Part shown: in pieces, positions 62,729-64,000 of the stretch
How positions within the stretch are numbered: position 1 is the stretch's first letter
Layout of the letters: each line of letters starts with the position of its first letter
From: a virus
DNA: 64,000 bases
Strand: one strand, 5' to 3'
Virus record (IMG/VR): IMGVR_UViG_3300050138_000571
Coordinates: 9,784 to 73,783 of that record
The notes under the pieces: generated by a model
Told to the model about the DNA's origin: nothing
Databases searched by the model: none
What the model saw: the letters and a program-made list of their open reading frames with translations, nothing else
Position numbers and translations under genes: made by a program

Positions 62729-64000
62729 TTAGCTGTCCGTAGCGATACCGTCACTCACGTCGAATCCGATGGGAACGTTCGTCCCTCCCGCGCCGGCCAG
62801 CTGTACTACGATGCCTAGCTGTGCGGTGGGACCGTTGATCGAGACCGTGGCCGCCTTGACTCCGGCGAACGTGGGGTTACCAGCAAAGAGGTCCTGGGTG
62901 GCCCGTGAAATGTCTGTCGCAGACAGATCCGCGATGCTCATACCTGGAGCCAGGGGAAGGCCGTACTGCGGGTGACCTAAAAGTGTACCTCTCCGAGTCA
63001 GGAGAGCGCCGCGGATCATCTGCGTAATATTCGTTAGGCCCACTGCCCATCGGTTGTCGCCGTCGGGAGTGACGACCAAGTCGTTCTTGGGGGTCAGCAG
63101 GAAGTCGATGCCGCCGATGGCCAGAAGGGGATCGTACGAGTCGACTCCCACAATAGTTTTCGTGCGGAAGTCCTCGTTGCTCTGGGGGTCTTGGTCCGAG
63201 GGAATGTAGATGATCTGCTGGGAATTGACCGTGTTCGGCAGGAAGCCCTGCAAGGTGGCGGCGGCCAGAACCGTGTAGAGGTTCATATTGGGCAGCCCGT
63301 CGACCACAACCAGGTGCTGGCTCGGGGAGAGGTCCACGATCTTTGTGATGCGGCGGCACGTGCGCGCGGTCCCGCGAGATGAGATCCAAACCGGCTGACC
63401 GACGCACAGATACGAGGTGTCAGCGACCATGAGCGTGTCGTCGGCGCCGTTGATCAACAGCGGCAGCTCGAAGCCCTCCTCGTCGACATACGGGGACTGA
63501 AGACCGTTGAGCGCGACGATTTCGTGCCACCGAAGCGGGTCGCCCAAATATCTGTTCGCCAACATCTCGATCGTGGACCCGTAAGGGAACGGGACAGCGA
63601 ACTTGGACTTCGGTTTCGTGAACGCGATCCCGGAGCGGGCGGCGAGCCCAGCCACAGCGGAGATGGAGTCGAGCTTGGGGTTCAGGTCGTTGTCGGTGTT
63701 GACGATCAGGCGCTCGAATTCGATCTGGAGCTGGCTGAGGGAAAAGAGAACGTCGAAGTCCTGATCGGTCGGCTGCTCCAAAACGGTTGGCGTAGACGAA
63801 ACACCGTACGTTTCGTTGAAGGTACCGCTCCCGAGCCCGATTGCGTTAGCGAACAAAGTCGAGGTGGCGTCCACGGCGGCGTGCCGGTTCTGAAAATCGG
63901 TCCCGGTCAGCCGTCGGGCTCGGGTCCGCTCGTTTGCGATGGCGATGGTCACCTTGGGCTGCAGGCGCAGGTCACCGATATTGATGCCGTTGAACAGGTT
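62729..64000 (-). CDS. 3' part of a baseplate protein with LysM-like and gp25-like domains
   Basis: Frame is open to the window edge. TIE.LA.RYLGDP.RW.EI..LN (LysM-like); L.T..G.L..HP.YG (gp25/wedge-like). Confidence 0.7.
   Translation of the reverse strand, partial: NLFNGINIGDLRLQPKVTIAIANERTRARRLTGTDFQNRHAAVDATSTLFANAIGLGSGTFNETYGVSSTPTVLEQPTDQDFDVLFSLSQLQIEFERLIVNTDNDLNPKLDSISAVAGLAARSGIAFTKPKSKFAVPFPYGSTIEMLANRYLGDPLRWHEIVALNGLQSPYVDEEGFELPLLINGADDTLMVADTSYLCVGQPVWISSRGTARTCRRITKIVDLSPSQHLVVVDGLPNMNLYTVLAAATLQGFLPNTVNSQQIIYIPSDQDPQSNEDFRTKTIVGVDSYDPLLAIGGIDFLLTPKNDLVVTPDGDNRWAVGLTNITQMIRGALLTRRGTLLGHPQYGLPLAPGMSIADLSATDISRATQDLFAGNPTFAGVKAATVSINGPTAQLGIVVQLAGAGGTNVPIGFDVSDGIATDS

Noticed and set aside
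1-64000. Stop-codon recoding suggested by the release-factor-like gene
   Set aside because: TAG, TAA and TGA all terminate genes at sensible boundaries under the standard code, and coding density is high without recoding.
46092-64000. Extracellular contractile injection system or tailocin locus
   Set aside because: Terminase, replication and recombination genes in the same contig indicate a true phage.
1-64000. tRNA or rRNA genes
   Set aside because: No cloverleaf or T-loop signature seen in the short intergenic gaps; a tRNAscan-SE/Infernal run would be needed to exclude them formally.

Overview
This window is a 64-kb internal segment of a large, GC-rich tailed dsDNA phage, probably a jumbo myovirus. 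Host is inferred only weakly as Myxococcota-like, from the style of its kelch repeats. Left (minus strand): probable portal 5' end, terminase large and small subunits, Mre11/SbcD and SMC/SbcC pair, GroES- and GroEL-like chaperonins, class II RNR (NrdJ), RuvC-like resolvase, RepB-type primase, DnaB and a DUF1376/YdaU-like initiator. Middle (mostly plus strand): SF2 helicase, a phage sigma factor, a T5 A1-like phosphoesterase, a DnaE polymerase split into two genes, gp32-like SSB, UvsY-like, RecA/UvsX, ClpP, CYTH, MmcB-like, a 2OG-Fe(II) oxygenase, dUTPase and a cyclic-phosphate receiver. Right (minus strand): GGQ release-factor-like protein, CHAP-like hydrolase and a contractile-tail/baseplate block with kelch, LamG and Ig-like modules. 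Six free-standing endonuclease genes are scattered through the window, one of them frameshifted. Two observations stand out. (1) The DnaE halves, which share the catalytic aspartates, carry at the split a truncated intein-like module (block-B lobe plus one strand) lacking every splicing residue; a second, unsplit copy sits in the PHP domain. This is a candidate non-splicing 'intein clasp'. (2) A readable transcription programme: 19 perfect copies of CGTTCGCTATAG before replication/accessory genes, 11 copies of CAATCAT mostly before structural genes, a host-type sigma70 promoter before a sigma-region-2-like gene, and a sigma lacking region 4.2 together with a separate small region-4-like protein. 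All homology calls are from motif recognition by eye; no searches were run.
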